From an uncultured Veillonella sp. (GTDB taxonomy: Bacteria > Bacillota > Negativicutes > Veillonellales > Veillonellaceae), in NCBI RefSeq assembly GCF_963522475.1, contig NZ_CAUQYW010000010.1:471-64470 (forward strand): a stretch of DNA of 64,000 nt, in the 5' to 3' direction. The notes beneath the pieces were generated by a model. The model was not told the origin of the DNA. It saw only the letters and a list, made by a program, of their open reading frames with translations, and searched no databases. Numbering within the stretch: position 1 is the first letter of the stretch; each line of letters begins with the position of its first letter. A program made the translations under genes and the position numbers. Of the stretch, positions 50,480 to 61,064 are shown piece after piece.

Positions 50480-51328
50480 TTAACGTTCTACAATATTATA
50501 TACATCCCGGCGGGAAACGTTAAAACGCTTTGCCACCTGGCGAATTGCTTCTTTTTTAGGTACCCCTGTTTCTACAAGGGCTTGTACAGCATCTACATAT
50601 GATACTGGTTCATTCGAAACTCCACTAGTATCAGAATCTACTGTATCAGCACCACCTACAATGAGGACAAATTCCCCTTTATACGTGAGCTGTTCCAAAT
50701 CATTTACAAGGCTCTCTAAATCGGTGCGTACAAAGGTTTCAAACTTCTTTGTCAATTCCCTTGCCACCGTGATAGATCGATTTCCAAAGGCTTTATACAT
50801 ATCTTGTAAGACCTCTTGCAAACGATGAGGTGCTTCATAAAACATCAAGGTTCCCGTTACTTGTGAAAGTCGCTGTAGTTCTTCAATACGATGTTTGTCT
50901 CGTTTAGGCAAGAATCCGACAAAGGTAAAAGATTTAGTATCTAATCCCGATGCAATGAGTGCGGTTAATGCTGCATTAGCACCTGGCAGTGGTACCACCG
51001 TTATACCTGCTTCAATAGCTTTTGTTACTAGGTCCGCCCCTGGATCAGATATAGCCGGCATGCCTGCATCACTAACGCAAGCAATAGACTGCCCTTCTAA
51101 CAAAAGCTCTATAATATAAGCACCTTTTTCTTCCTTGTTATGTTCATGATAAGAAATTAAAGGCTTCTTAATGTCAAAATGTTTTAATAATATACCCGTA
51201 TGGCGCGTATCTTCGGCAGCGATAGCATCGACTTCACCTAAGATACGAACTGCGCGATAGGTCATATCTTCTAAATTACCTATCGGTGTAGGCACTAAAT
51301 ATAAGATGCCCCATTCGTTATCGTTCAT
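50480..51328 (-). CDS. rsmI: 16S rRNA C1402 2'-O-methyltransferase
   Basis: LYLVPTPIGNLEDMT, AEDTR, VSDAGMP.ISDPG, ARELTKKFE and KGEF; start ATG 51328. Confidence 0.95.
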   Translation of the reverse strand: MNDNEWGILYLVPTPIGNLEDMTYRAVRILGEVDAIAAEDTRHTGILLKHFDIKKPLISYHEHNKEEKGAYIIELLLEGQSIACVSDAGMPAISDPGADLVTKAIEAGITVVPLPGANAALTALIASGLDTKSFTFVGFLPKRDKHRIEELQRLSQVTGTLMFYEAPHRLQEVLQDMYKAFGNRSITVARELTKKFETFVRTDLESLVNDLEQLTYKGEFVLIVGGADTVDSDTSGVSNEPVSYVDAVQALVETGVPKKEAIRQVAKRFNVSRRDVYNIVER

Positions 51329-52043
51329 ACCAAGAGGACACCTCCTTCGTGTACACATTAGGATTCTCGTAAACGATAAGTGGCGGCTCTAACACAAGTC
51401 CAGCCTGACCTTGATAGATAGCTTCTATTAGCACAAGTTTCGCTGGTTTATCTATCATACCGTGAATAAATCGAATTCGCTTAGCTTGAAAGTTGGCTAC
51501 TTCTAACTCATGTAGCACATATTGTAAGCGACTAGCACTATAAATCATCCACAAGCGCCCTTTATACTTAATAAAGAACTGTACAGCTTTCAAAACCTCA
51601 TCCAATGTTGTATGTCCATCATGAAGTGCCAAAGCCCGCTCTCCAGACGTAGGTTTTGCACCACTTTCAGAATCATAAAAAGGGGGATTTACAATAACAC
51701 CATCAAAGGGTTTATCTTGTATATCTCGGTAAGACATATGGCGATAATCACCACATAACATCGTTACCTTATATTGTTTATGATTGTATTCAACACTACG
51801 TTGAGCCAACTCAATGATAGTCTTATTAATATCTATACCCGTTATATGGCCTGCCCCTAATGACGTTCCAATGAGTGGCATAACCCCCGTTCCCGTGCCT
51901 AGATCAACATAGGCATGTCGACCATTAAAACGACAAAAGTGAATTAATGCTATGGCATCAAAGGAAAAGCGAAACATATCAGTACGCTGATAGATCTGTA
52001 GGCCATCTATAATTAAATCATCAAGTCTTTCTTGATCATTCAT
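51318..52043 (-). CDS. tRNA1(Val) A37 N6-methyltransferase (YabB/TrmN6-like)
   Basis: ERLDDL, FSFDA, DLGTGTG and NPPFY; yabB position. Confidence 0.85.
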   Translation of the reverse strand: MNDQERLDDLIIDGLQIYQRTDMFRFSFDAIALIHFCRFNGRHAYVDLGTGTGVMPLIGTSLGAGHITGIDINKTIIELAQRSVEYNHKQYKVTMLCGDYRHMSYRDIQDKPFDGVIVNPPFYDSESGAKPTSGERALALHDGHTTLDEVLKAVQFFIKYKGRLWMIYSASRLQYVLHELEVANFQAKRIRFIHGMIDKPAKLVLIEAIYQGQAGLVLEPPLIVYENPNVYTKEVSSWYER

Positions 52044-52881
52044 CAGGCAATGCCACCTCAGACCATTTCAAATCAATGGTGCGACCTGCTTCGAGCTGTA
52101 CCTTTACAGTGTGTTTATGATGATTTACCTTCAAGACCTTACCAATGCCTTCATCGGTAACAACCTCCTTACCAATACCTGGAGGTGCTACATCTTGAGG
52201 GGCTTGAGGGCGTTCCTTCTTCACATATAGGTCGCCACCCTTTTTATACAAATCATCTTCGTAATTGAGGCAGCACATCAAACGACCACAAACACCAGAA
52301 ATCTTCGTAGGGTTTAGGCTCAAGTTTTGATCCTTAGCCATACGAATCGAAACAGGTGTAAAATCACCTAAAAAATTAGAACAGCATAAAGGTCGACCAC
52401 AAGCACCAATGCCATTTAGCACCTTAGCCTCATCGCGGACGCCTACTTGACGCAACTCGATACGTGTTCTAAATACAGTTGCTAAATCCTTAACAAGCTC
52501 ACGGAAGTCGATACGACCATCCGCAGTAAAGAAGAATATAATCTTATTCATATCAAATGTGTATTCCACATTGATAAGTTTCATAGGCAACTTACGTTTT
52601 TCTATTTTTTCGAGACAAATATCAAAGGCTTTTTCTTCGCGCTCTTTATTCTTCTCAATTTGTTTTAAGTCCTTTGGTGTCGCCTTTCTAATAACTGGCT
52701 TAACAGGAGTTACAACCGTATCTTCAAAGACATCTTTTGGTCCGATCACAACTGTACCGTATTCAACGCCACGTGCCGTTTCAACGATAACCCCATCACC
52801 AACGGATAGTTCTAATTGTTCAGGCAGAAAATAATAAATCTTTCCAGCCTTTTTAAAGCGTACTCCAACTATGGTTAGCAT
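52036..52881 (-). CDS. ricT: PSP1-domain protein RicT/YaaT
   Basis: GVRFKKAGKIYYF, RIDFRELVKDLA, G.CGRPLCC and KISGVCGRLMCCL. Confidence 0.92.
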   Translation of the reverse strand: MLTIVGVRFKKAGKIYYFLPEQLELSVGDGVIVETARGVEYGTVVIGPKDVFEDTVVTPVKPVIRKATPKDLKQIEKNKEREEKAFDICLEKIEKRKLPMKLINVEYTFDMNKIIFFFTADGRIDFRELVKDLATVFRTRIELRQVGVRDEAKVLNGIGACGRPLCCSNFLGDFTPVSIRMAKDQNLSLNPTKISGVCGRLMCCLNYEDDLYKKGGDLYVKKERPQAPQDVAPPGIGKEVVTDEGIGKVLKVNHHKHTVKVQLEAGRTIDLKWSEVALPDE

Positions 52882-53922
52882 TTAATCCTCCTCCCGAGCA
52901 TCATGAAGGGCGATACTAAGACCGTCCACCACGAGAGCGGTTTTTATATGTAAACGCAAAGCCCGTTCCGCTTGCAATGTTTCAGTAATGACCTGAGACA
53001 ATGCTTGCATAGACCAGCGCGGTAATAATCGTAATAATTGAGTTTTGTACATAGGTACTTGTAATTGTCCGTCTTGAGCCCCCATTTTAAGAGCCATCAC
53101 ATCTCTACTTACAAGACGTAACCAATGCATCAATTCTGTTAGACTTTCACGAGGTAAGCTTTCACAAGCTAGAGAAATCATAGAAAACCATCTTGTTTCA
53201 AAGGCGATCATGTCCATTACCTTAACAGCTAACTCTAGCATTTCAATACAATCTTGAGTAGCCAATTTTTCCACTAACTGTGGATTGCCATGACCGGCTA
53301 ACAAAGCCTGCTCAATATTACCAGTGATGCCACGTGCCACAAGTGCCGTGCGAATCGTATCTACATCGACACTATTAAAACCAACGCCCATACATCTTGA
53401 AACGATGGTCGGCAATACGGTGTTAATTTTATTCGTAATAATGATAAAATACACCTGTTCTGGCGGTTCTTCAATGGTTTTTAACATAGCATTTGCCATA
53501 ACTGCGTTAGCCGTATGAAAGTCCTCCACAATAACTACGCGGTTACCATTCCCGGCCACAGACAGATGGTCTTGTAATAAGGAATACCACTGCTCCACCT
53601 TTAAGGTCGTCTTCATAGGTCGAATCCAAAAAGCATCACCCTTATCCATATAGATAGGTAAACCTTCTGATTCAATGCGTTTTTCAGTCTCACCATTGGC
53701 AAGGCGTGCTTCTTTTACATCTTCTAAATACGATTCACCCTTAGATTGTGAAAACACTTGGCGTCCCAGTAATAAGGATGCAAGACCTATGGCCATATCT
53801 AGCTTACCAAGACCGGCTTCACCATAAAACAAAAGGCTATGTGGCAATGCATTGCGACTTACAAGTTCCGATAGGTGTGCCTTGATCGAATCTTGACCAA
53901 TTATAGAATCAAAATATGTCAT
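52882..53922 (-). CDS. holB: DNA polymerase III delta' subunit
   Basis: HSLLFYGEAGLGK, ANAMLKTIEEPP and LPTIVSRC; lies between tmk and ricT. Confidence 0.88.
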   Translation of the reverse strand: MTYFDSIIGQDSIKAHLSELVSRNALPHSLLFYGEAGLGKLDMAIGLASLLLGRQVFSQSKGESYLEDVKEARLANGETEKRIESEGLPIYMDKGDAFWIRPMKTTLKVEQWYSLLQDHLSVAGNGNRVVIVEDFHTANAVMANAMLKTIEEPPEQVYFIIITNKINTVLPTIVSRCMGVGFNSVDVDTIRTALVARGITGNIEQALLAGHGNPQLVEKLATQDCIEMLELAVKVMDMIAFETRWFSMISLACESLPRESLTELMHWLRLVSRDVMALKMGAQDGQLQVPMYKTQLLRLLPRWSMQALSQVITETLQAERALRLHIKTALVVDGLSIALHDAREED

Positions 53923-53997
53923 AGCCCCTCCTATCAATACATGCTCAATATTAATATTATATAAGAAAAAGGCGACTTTTAAAAGAGTCGCCCTATC

Positions 53998-54684
53998 CTA
54001 AGGTAGTAGATTTACTACTGCTTGATATACATCATTATGAATTTCTTCAATGGTGCGCAATGCATATTGACTGGAATCATCTTTTGTGGCACAAGGAATT
54101 CGGTGCCATTGATAGCGTTCTACTAGCTCTTCATAGGCATCGTGAACAGCTACTAGATATTGATGATTCCCTTCGTGAATATCCCCTGTATTACCGCCCG
54201 TTTTACCAGTGCGCTCAGCCATTAAGGCTTCACTCACTTCGAGAGGCATATCTAAGAGACATACCGCATCAGGTGTAGGCAAAGCAAATTTGTTAAACTC
54301 AAAGTCTTCAAGCCAATCTAAAAACGCAGTACGTTCCTTCGGATCATTGTATTTAACCATTTGGTGCACCATATTAGACGTCGTATAGCGATCTGCAATG
54401 ATGATGCCCCCATTTTTATAGAACGCTTCCCAATCAGTTCTAAAAGATGCAAAGCGATCGATGGCATACATGGAGCTTGCTACATAAGGATTTACATCAT
54501 GTACATCTTTGCCAAACTCACCAGCTAAATACATTTTGATAGGCATAGCAGCACCACTATCATAGTTTGGAAAGCTCACAGATTTAACAGCATGCCCCTC
54601 TTTAGTCAAGCGTTCTACTAAAAGTTTAGTTTGTGTAGCCTTACCACTACCATCTCCGCCTTCTAAGATAATTAAAGTCCCCAT
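53998..54684 (-). CDS. tmk: Thymidylate kinase
   Basis: ILEGGDGSGKATQ, SFPNY and ADRYTTSN. Confidence 0.92.
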   Translation of the reverse strand: MGTLIILEGGDGSGKATQTKLLVERLTKEGHAVKSVSFPNYDSGAAMPIKMYLAGEFGKDVHDVNPYVASSMYAIDRFASFRTDWEAFYKNGGIIIADRYTTSNMVHQMVKYNDPKERTAFLDWLEDFEFNKFALPTPDAVCLLDMPLEVSEALMAERTGKTGGNTGDIHEGNHQYLVAVHDAYEELVERYQWHRIPCATKDDSSQYALRTIEEIHNDVYQAVVNLLP

Positions 54685-54686
54685 AA

Positions 54687-56168
54687 TTACTCCTGTAACA
54701 CCCAGATTGTTTCCAATGATATATCATCGGCTCCATTCGGCACATACCCTAGAGCCTTTCGATTCTCTATATATTGTAACACAGAGGAGCTAATCTCTTC
54801 ACCTACCGCTACACAAGGAATCCCTGGTGGATAATAAGCAATGGTCTCTCCTGCTATACGATGAAGTGCGTCTTGTAACCATACTTGCTCCCGATTGGCA
54901 TACATAGCATTACGAGGCGTTACCCTTACAATAGGCTCAGGCAATACTGCTGAATCTTTGCTACGATTTTGAAAATTATCGTTCCCTTTATTACTTGATT
55001 CTGGGGATTTACTTAACACCGTATCGCTGATAGCTTGTACTGCTTGAATAAGAGCCGTTACAGACTCTTTTGTATCGCCAATAGTAATGAGTACTAGCAC
55101 ATGATGAGCTTGTACTAACTCTACCTCAATACGATATTTTCGTAACATTTGTTCAAACTCAATACCGGTTAACCCTAATTCTTTAGCATCGATTAGTACC
55201 TTTGTACAATCATAATTTACAACTTGGTCTCTAATATCCGTGTACTCCATAGTTTTAATACCAGAAATCTTATGGAGCTCATTACGTAAATAGAGGCTCA
55301 AGTCTACGGTACGACTTATGAGTACCTTACCTTCTGTTGCTAATTGATGACGCGCCATATCTAAAGATGCAAGGAATATATAATTTGGACTCGTGCTTTG
55401 TAGCATTTGATGCATTTGCGTAATGCGACGCTGATTGATTTTATCTCCTTGGCCTAATAACCAAGAGGTTTGCGTCAAAGAGCCTACCGATTTATGAGTG
55501 CTTTGTGCTACTAAATCTGCACCTGCTGCAACTGCTTCGATAGGTAAATTTTCTGAAAATGGTAAATGAGGTCCGTGAGCTTCATCAACAAGAACAATCA
55601 GTCCTCGTTTATGTGCTTCTTTTACAATATTTACAATATCTACACCTACGCCATAATAGTTTGGATATACCAAGAGAATCGCTTTTGCCTCTGGATGCGC
55701 ATCCATGGTTTTAACGGCATCGTCCAATGATACTCCTAAAGGAATCCCCCAACGTTCATCAAATTGGCACCCCATATAGATAGGCTTAGCACCAGATAAC
55801 ACTAATCCACTAATAACGGAACGATGTGCTTCCCTAGGAATAATAATCGTTTCATCAGGACCTACAGTTCCCATAATCATCGCTTCAATTAAAGCGGTTG
55901 TGCCATTAATAGAGAACCAGCAATAATTAGCTCCATATAATTCAGCTGTTAGATTTTGAGCCGCTTTTAATTCTCTCTCAGGTTCATGTAAATCATCTAA
56001 GGCATACATAACCCCTAAATCATATGGCAGTGCTGCTCCCATCCAGTCTTTTAGTAACTGAGGCGCTTCAACACCAATCTTATGACCAGGTGTATGAAAA
56101 GGCACAAAATGTTGTTCCTTATATGATTCTAAAGCCTCTACAAAAGGCATTTTCTCTTGATTGCTCAT
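54687..56168 (-). CDS. PLP-dependent Orn/Lys/Arg decarboxylase (YaaO-like)
   Basis: FHTPGHK, INGTT, VDEAHG, QSTHK, STSPNY and YPPGIP. Confidence 0.9.
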   Translation of the reverse strand: MSNQEKMPFVEALESYKEQHFVPFHTPGHKIGVEAPQLLKDWMGAALPYDLGVMYALDDLHEPERELKAAQNLTAELYGANYCWFSINGTTALIEAMIMGTVGPDETIIIPREAHRSVISGLVLSGAKPIYMGCQFDERWGIPLGVSLDDAVKTMDAHPEAKAILLVYPNYYGVGVDIVNIVKEAHKRGLIVLVDEAHGPHLPFSENLPIEAVAAGADLVAQSTHKSVGSLTQTSWLLGQGDKINQRRITQMHQMLQSTSPNYIFLASLDMARHQLATEGKVLISRTVDLSLYLRNELHKISGIKTMEYTDIRDQVVNYDCTKVLIDAKELGLTGIEFEQMLRKYRIEVELVQAHHVLVLITIGDTKESVTALIQAVQAISDTVLSKSPESSNKGNDNFQNRSKDSAVLPEPIVRVTPRNAMYANREQVWLQDALHRIAGETIAYYPPGIPCVAVGEEISSSVLQYIENRKALGYVPNGADDISLETIWVLQE

Positions 56169-56179
56169 ATATACCTCGT

Positions 56180-56217
56180 AAAAAGGGCATGAATCTCAAT
56201 GAGACTCATGCCCTTTT
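56180..56217 (-). terminator. Terminator after pth
   Basis: AAAAGGGCATGA...TCATGCCCTTTT. Confidence 0.7.
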
Positions 56218-56226
56218 GCATGTTAT

Positions 56227-56805
56227 TTATCGCTGTGGACGACGCTTAGGATTAAACTGATTCATCCCTTTGTCTATGCCCACCTCTAAAGTACCTAATA
56301 CAGCTTTTACTGTATCTTTAATACCTTTTTGTACTTTCTCTTGTGATTCTTCACTAAATGGTGCTAACACGTGGTCAATAACAGTCCATTGTGGTAATGG
56401 ACGACCAATACCTACGCGAAAACGTGGAAAATTTTCTGTTCCTATATGGGAGATTAAAGATTTAATCCCATTATGCCCACCAGAACTACCATTTGGTCGA
56501 ATACGTAATTTGCCTACCGGTAAATCCATATCATCATAGATACAATACACATCAGATGAATCAATCTTGTAGTATCGCATTAATGGACCTACAGATTCCC
56601 CACTTGCATTCATAAATGTTTGAGGCTTTACAAGCAATACCTTTTCACCAGATACATTAATACTGCACACCTCTGCCTTTTGTTCCTCTCTCCATGGAGT
56701 GTGAGAAACGCTGTCTGCAATGGCATCGATGACCATAAATCCAATATTATGTTTTGTCGCTTCATATTGCTTGCCTGGATTACCAAGGCCTACTACTAAT
56801 TTCAA
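56227..56805 (-). CDS. pth: Peptidyl-tRNA hydrolase
   Basis: VGLGNPG, HNIGF, KPQTFMN.SG, DDMDL and GGHNG; TTG start. Confidence 0.96.
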   Translation of the reverse strand: MKLVVGLGNPGKQYEATKHNIGFMVIDAIADSVSHTPWREEQKAEVCSINVSGEKVLLVKPQTFMNASGESVGPLMRYYKIDSSDVYCIYDDMDLPVGKLRIRPNGSSGGHNGIKSLISHIGTENFPRFRVGIGRPLPQWTVIDHVLAPFSEESQEKVQKGIKDTVKAVLGTLEVGIDKGMNQFNPKRRPQR

Positions 56806-56815
56806 GAATCACCTA

Positions 56816-57769
56816 TTATTTATCAAATAAATTACTTACTGAAACTTCATGAAAGATACGCATAATCGCTTCCCCCAATAATGGAGCTACAGATAATTGC
56901 GTTACATTATCTAATTTGCAATTTTCTGGTAATGGCATTGTGTTTGTTACGATAAGCTCTTTAATATTAGAGTTTGCAATGCGTTCGCTTGCTGGATCTG
57001 TTAATACAGCATGGGTAACAGCAGCCATAACAGATTTTGCACCAAATTCCTCTAATGCTTTAGCGCCTTCTACAAGGGAGCCCGCTGTATCTACAATATC
57101 ATCAACAATAATGCAGTTTTTACCTTTTACATCACCAATAAGGTTCATAACTTTAGCTACGCCTGGTTCAGGACGTTTTTTCTCAATGATTGCAATTGGC
57201 GCACCAATGCGGTCAGCCAAATCACGAGCACGAGTTACCCCGCCAAGATCTGGAGATACAACGATAACATCTTCAAGATTTTTTTCGTTAATATATTTCG
57301 CTAAAATGGATGCACCATACAAATGGTCTACTGGCACATCAAAGAAACCTTGAATTTGACCTGCATGCAAGTCAATTGTTACAAGACGTGTAATACCAGA
57401 AGTTTGCATTAAATTAGCTACTAATTTTGCAGTAATTGGTTCACGACCACGAGTTTTGCGATCTTGACGAGCATAGCCATAGTAAGGAACTACAGCTGTG
57501 ATATGGCGTGCAGAAGCGCGTTTCAACGCATCAGCCATAACCATTAATTCCATTAAATTATCATTTACAGGATAGCTAGTTGGTTGAATGATAAATACAT
57601 CTTTGCCACGTACGCTTTCATCAATCATAATTTGTACTTCGCCATTATTAAAACGACCTACAAATGCTTCACCTAAAGGCAACCCTAAATAATCACAAAT
57701 TTCCTTTGCCAATGCAGGATTCGCATTACCTGTGAAAATTTTAAGTTTTTTGCCGTCTTCAAATGCCAT
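56816..57769 (-). CDS. prs: Ribose-phosphate pyrophosphokinase
   Basis: [29 protein letters not shown] and [10 protein letters not shown]. Confidence 0.97.
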   Translation of the reverse strand: MAFEDGKKLKIFTGNANPALAKEICDYLGLPLGEAFVGRFNNGEVQIMIDESVRGKDVFIIQPTSYPVNDNLMELMVMADALKRASARHITAVVPYYGYARQDRKTRGREPITAKLVANLMQTSGITRLVTIDLHAGQIQGFFDVPVDHLYGASILAKYINEKNLEDVIVVSPDLGGVTRARDLADRIGAPIAIIEKKRPEPGVAKVMNLIGDVKGKNCIIVDDIVDTAGSLVEGAKALEEFGAKSVMAAVTHAVLTDPASERIANSNIKELIVTNTMPLPENCKLDNVTQLSVAPLLGEAIMRIFHEVSVSNLFDK

Positions 57770-57895
57770 TTTGTTACCCTTTCATCTGTTCCTATACTGG
57801 TTACTTATCCATAATCATCCATTACAGATACACACTATTGCCTTTTTATTGTATACTATTTTGCTCAAAATGTGTTAAAAATTTGTAATATTTTT

Positions 57896-59269
57896 TTATT
57901 TCTTTTTGAAAGTATCGTCTGTTACCCAATTTTCTTTCACAATTTGTTTACTACGGCCTACCGCTAATGCCTTATCTGGTACATTTTTAGTAATTGTAGA
58001 GCCTGCACCTACATAGCTATAATTACCTATCGTTACAGGAGCTACCAAATTACTATTACAGCCAACGAAAGCACCATCGCCGATTGTCGTACGATGTTTA
58101 ATCTTTCCGTCATAGTTTACAGTAATCGTACCACAACCAATATTAACACCAGATCCTACATCACTATCGCCGATATAAGATAGATGTGGGAACTTAGTGC
58201 CTTCACCGACGTTGGAATTTTTAACCTCTACGAAGTTACCTACATGAACCTTGTTGCCTAGTACAGTATTTGGACGTAAATGAACATATGGACCAACATC
58301 TACACCATCTTTTACTTCGCAGTCATGACCATAAGTGAAGTGGATAATCGTATCGTTACCAACTTTCACATTTGTTAAACGAGTGTGTGGACCAATTTCA
58401 CAACGCTCACCTATTACAGTATCGCCTTCAAGGATTGTACCAGGATGCAAAATTGTATCGGCCCCTACTGTTACCTCAGGAGCTACATAAGTATTTGCAG
58501 GATCAATAATAGTTACGCCAGCAGTCATTAGCTCAACATTTTTACGATGTTTCAGAATAGATTCCGCTTCTGCTAATTGCAAACGAGAGTTTACACCTAA
58601 GGACTCTTCAAAGTCTTTAGTCATATACGCACTTACCTTGTCACCACCATTTACAAGAATACCAACTACATCAGTAATATACAATTCACCTTGCGCATTG
58701 TCATCAGATAGTTGATCTAAACAAGGCCATAACTTTTTACTATCAAAAGCATACATACCAGTATTTACTTCTTGAACAGCTAATTCCTCTGGTTTACCAT
58801 CTTTTTGCTCTACGATACGAACTACAGAGCCTTCTTCATTGCGAATAATACGGCCATAACCGGTTGGATCAGGCATATGCGCTGTCAAAATTGTTGCAGC
58901 TGCCCCAGAGTTTCTGTGTTCTTCTAAAAGTGCTTCTAAACTTTCTTTTGTAACAAGAGGCGTATCCCCACAAAGTAATAAGATAGTACCATCATAATCA
59001 CCAAGTACTGGTTGAGCCATTTTTACTGCATGACCAGTACCATTTTGTTCTTCTTGGCGAACAAATTCAGCACGATTACCCAAGTAATTTTGCACCGCAT
59101 CACCGCCAAAACCTACGATAACCACATCACGGTTTGTTCCGATAGACTGAACCGTTTCAAGAACGCGTTCTACCATAGCTTTGCCGCCAACCTTGTGCAG
59201 TACCTTTGGCAATTTAGACTTCATACGCGTACCTTTACCAGCCGCTAAAATAAGGCTTGCAATATTCAT
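57896..59269 (-). CDS. glmU: Bifunctional UDP-GlcNAc pyrophosphorylase/GlcN-1-P acetyltransferase
   Basis: LAAGKGTRMKS, hexapeptide repeats, GNFVEVK, HLSYIGD and NYDG. Confidence 0.97.
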   Translation of the reverse strand: MNIASLILAAGKGTRMKSKLPKVLHKVGGKAMVERVLETVQSIGTNRDVVIVGFGGDAVQNYLGNRAEFVRQEEQNGTGHAVKMAQPVLGDYDGTILLLCGDTPLVTKESLEALLEEHRNSGAAATILTAHMPDPTGYGRIIRNEEGSVVRIVEQKDGKPEELAVQEVNTGMYAFDSKKLWPCLDQLSDDNAQGELYITDVVGILVNGGDKVSAYMTKDFEESLGVNSRLQLAEAESILKHRKNVELMTAGVTIIDPANTYVAPEVTVGADTILHPGTILEGDTVIGERCEIGPHTRLTNVKVGNDTIIHFTYGHDCEVKDGVDVGPYVHLRPNTVLGNKVHVGNFVEVKNSNVGEGTKFPHLSYIGDSDVGSGVNIGCGTITVNYDGKIKHRTTIGDGAFVGCNSNLVAPVTIGNYSYVGAGSTITKNVPDKALAVGRSKQIVKENWVTDDTFKKK

Positions 59270-59403
59270 AGTAATCTCCTATCTCCTATCTGTTATCATA
59301 TATATCTGAACCATTTAAATCATCAATTTCATCATATTAGCCTATAGGCCAAAACTTAGTATAATACATTATATCTAGCTATAATGTATATAATATTAAT
59401 CAT

Positions 59404-60222
59404 TTATTCTTTATCAAATACTGGTTCTATATTAATTTTCTTTGTATTTTCATCAATACCATAAAACGTAAATAATGATTCATAATCATCAATTAGTTTG
59501 GGATTTGGCTCTGCCGTTGCTACAAGAACACCAGTACCAACAACGACACCACTCATCTCTAAAACAAGTTCCTTAAGCCCTTTCGCAGTCCCCCCTGCTT
59601 TCATAAAGTCATCGATAATTAAAACTCTAGCGTTAGGAGGAATAGCCCTCTTTGTAAGCGTCATAGTCTGAATACGACCAGAAGAACCCGTTACATAGTT
59701 AATACTAATAGCAGATCCTTCTGTCACCTTACTGTCACGACGAGCAATAACAAGAGGCTTATTAAAAGCTCGCGCCACCATAACAGCTAATGGAATCCCC
59801 TTCGTTTCAACCGTCAAAATATAATCGGGATCTCGATCCATAAAGCGAGTCATAATAATTTCACCAAGGCGTGTCATTACATGCCAGTCATAAAGAATAT
59901 CTGACATATAAATAAAACCTCCCGGAATGATACGATCTGACTCCATCAATCGAGTTTGCACATCTCGTAAAACATCATTGGCTTGAGCACCTTTCCGATG
60001 AGGAATAAAACGTACTCCACCAGCTACACCCGCCACAGTTTCTAATGTGCCAAGCTGAAAATGTTCCATAGACTGTCTCACACAAGTTAAGTCTTCACTA
60101 ACTGTGGATTTAGCCATGCCAAAGAAATCACAAAAATAATTTAAAGGAATCAATTTTTGCGGTGAATCAACTAACAATTTTGTCATTGCCACCATGCGTT
60201 CTACACGCCGTACTTTATCCAT
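59404..60222 (-). CDS. purR: pur operon repressor (Bacillus-type PurR)
   Basis: AKSTVSED wHTH, IIPGGFIY, TVETKGIP and IIDDFMKAGGT; start ATG 60222. Confidence 0.94.
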   Translation of the reverse strand: MDKVRRVERMVAMTKLLVDSPQKLIPLNYFCDFFGMAKSTVSEDLTCVRQSMEHFQLGTLETVAGVAGGVRFIPHRKGAQANDVLRDVQTRLMESDRIIPGGFIYMSDILYDWHVMTRLGEIIMTRFMDRDPDYILTVETKGIPLAVMVARAFNKPLVIARRDSKVTEGSAISINYVTGSSGRIQTMTLTKRAIPPNARVLIIDDFMKAGGTAKGLKELVLEMSGVVVGTGVLVATAEPNPKLIDDYESLFTFYGIDENTKKINIEPVFDKE

Positions 60223-60319
60223 AGAATTTCCTTTACCATTCATCATATAACAATTGATTGTACTCATCTAATAAAAATCATGAGTTATCTCAAATATATC
60301 TTTTATTTATTATACCATA

Positions 60320-60364
60320 ATTTCCGAATATTCGAGGTTATAAAAGCACTATAATTCGGTAAAA
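60320..60364. promoter_or_regulatory. Inverted PurBox pair upstream of purR
   Basis: ATTTCCGAATATT and ATAATTCGGTAAAA; CGAA(60325-28)-N26-TTCG(60355-58). Confidence 0.68.
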
Positions 60365-60449
60365 TAAAAACTCTCTAGACCTTATATAATATTGTAAATT
60401 TAGACCATATAGTCTATTACAATACTATATATTTTCTAGAGAGTTTATA

Positions 60450-61064
60450 TTATAAAACGTAAACTTTTACAGTTTGACGACCAAACTGTAATGCTTCAGA
60501 ACGTGAATCGTAAGCTAAATCGATTCTATGACCTTTTATAGCACCACCAACATCATCTGCTACAGCATAACCATAACCTTCGACGTATAATCTCGTACCT
60601 AATGGAATTAATTTAGGATCTACAGATACAATGCCCTTCTTTAAACGACTACCAGTAGCTGTATAATTGCCATTTCCAGGGTCTTGAGCAGAATAAGCAC
60701 TAGCTTGCATAGTTAAAACTCGAGAGTATTTATTCGGCACACCGTTATGACTTAATTCTGTACCATGTCCACCATAACGAGTCTCCATCTTTTCTAAAGC
60801 ATTCATTGTAGTAGGGCCAACACGACCATCTACAGCAAGCCCTTTAGACTTTTGAAATTTTCGTACCGCCTGCTCTGTATTATTACCATAGATACCATCT
60901 ACAGAATCATGTAAAAAACCTTGATGCTTTAACATGGTTTGCACCTTGCTAACATGGTGTCCCCGTTGTCCCCGATCAATCGTTTTTGCCAATGATACAG
61001 AAGATATCATTGTAGTCATACAAACAAGCGTACATGCGATAATTATTTTTTTAACCATATACAC
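60450..61064 (-). CDS. Secreted protein with peptidoglycan-binding and 3D domains
   Basis: Signal peptide, VDGIYG..TEQAVRKFQ...GLAVDG.VGP.T, and VDP.LIPLGT...ADDVGGAIKG.RIDL; start may be ATG 61058. Confidence 0.88.
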   Translation of the reverse strand: MYMVKKIIIACTLVCMTTMISSVSLAKTIDRGQRGHHVSKVQTMLKHQGFLHDSVDGIYGNNTEQAVRKFQKSKGLAVDGRVGPTTMNALEKMETRYGGHGTELSHNGVPNKYSRVLTMQASAYSAQDPGNGNYTATGSRLKKGIVSVDPKLIPLGTRLYVEGYGYAVADDVGGAIKGHRIDLAYDSRSEALQFGRQTVKVYVL

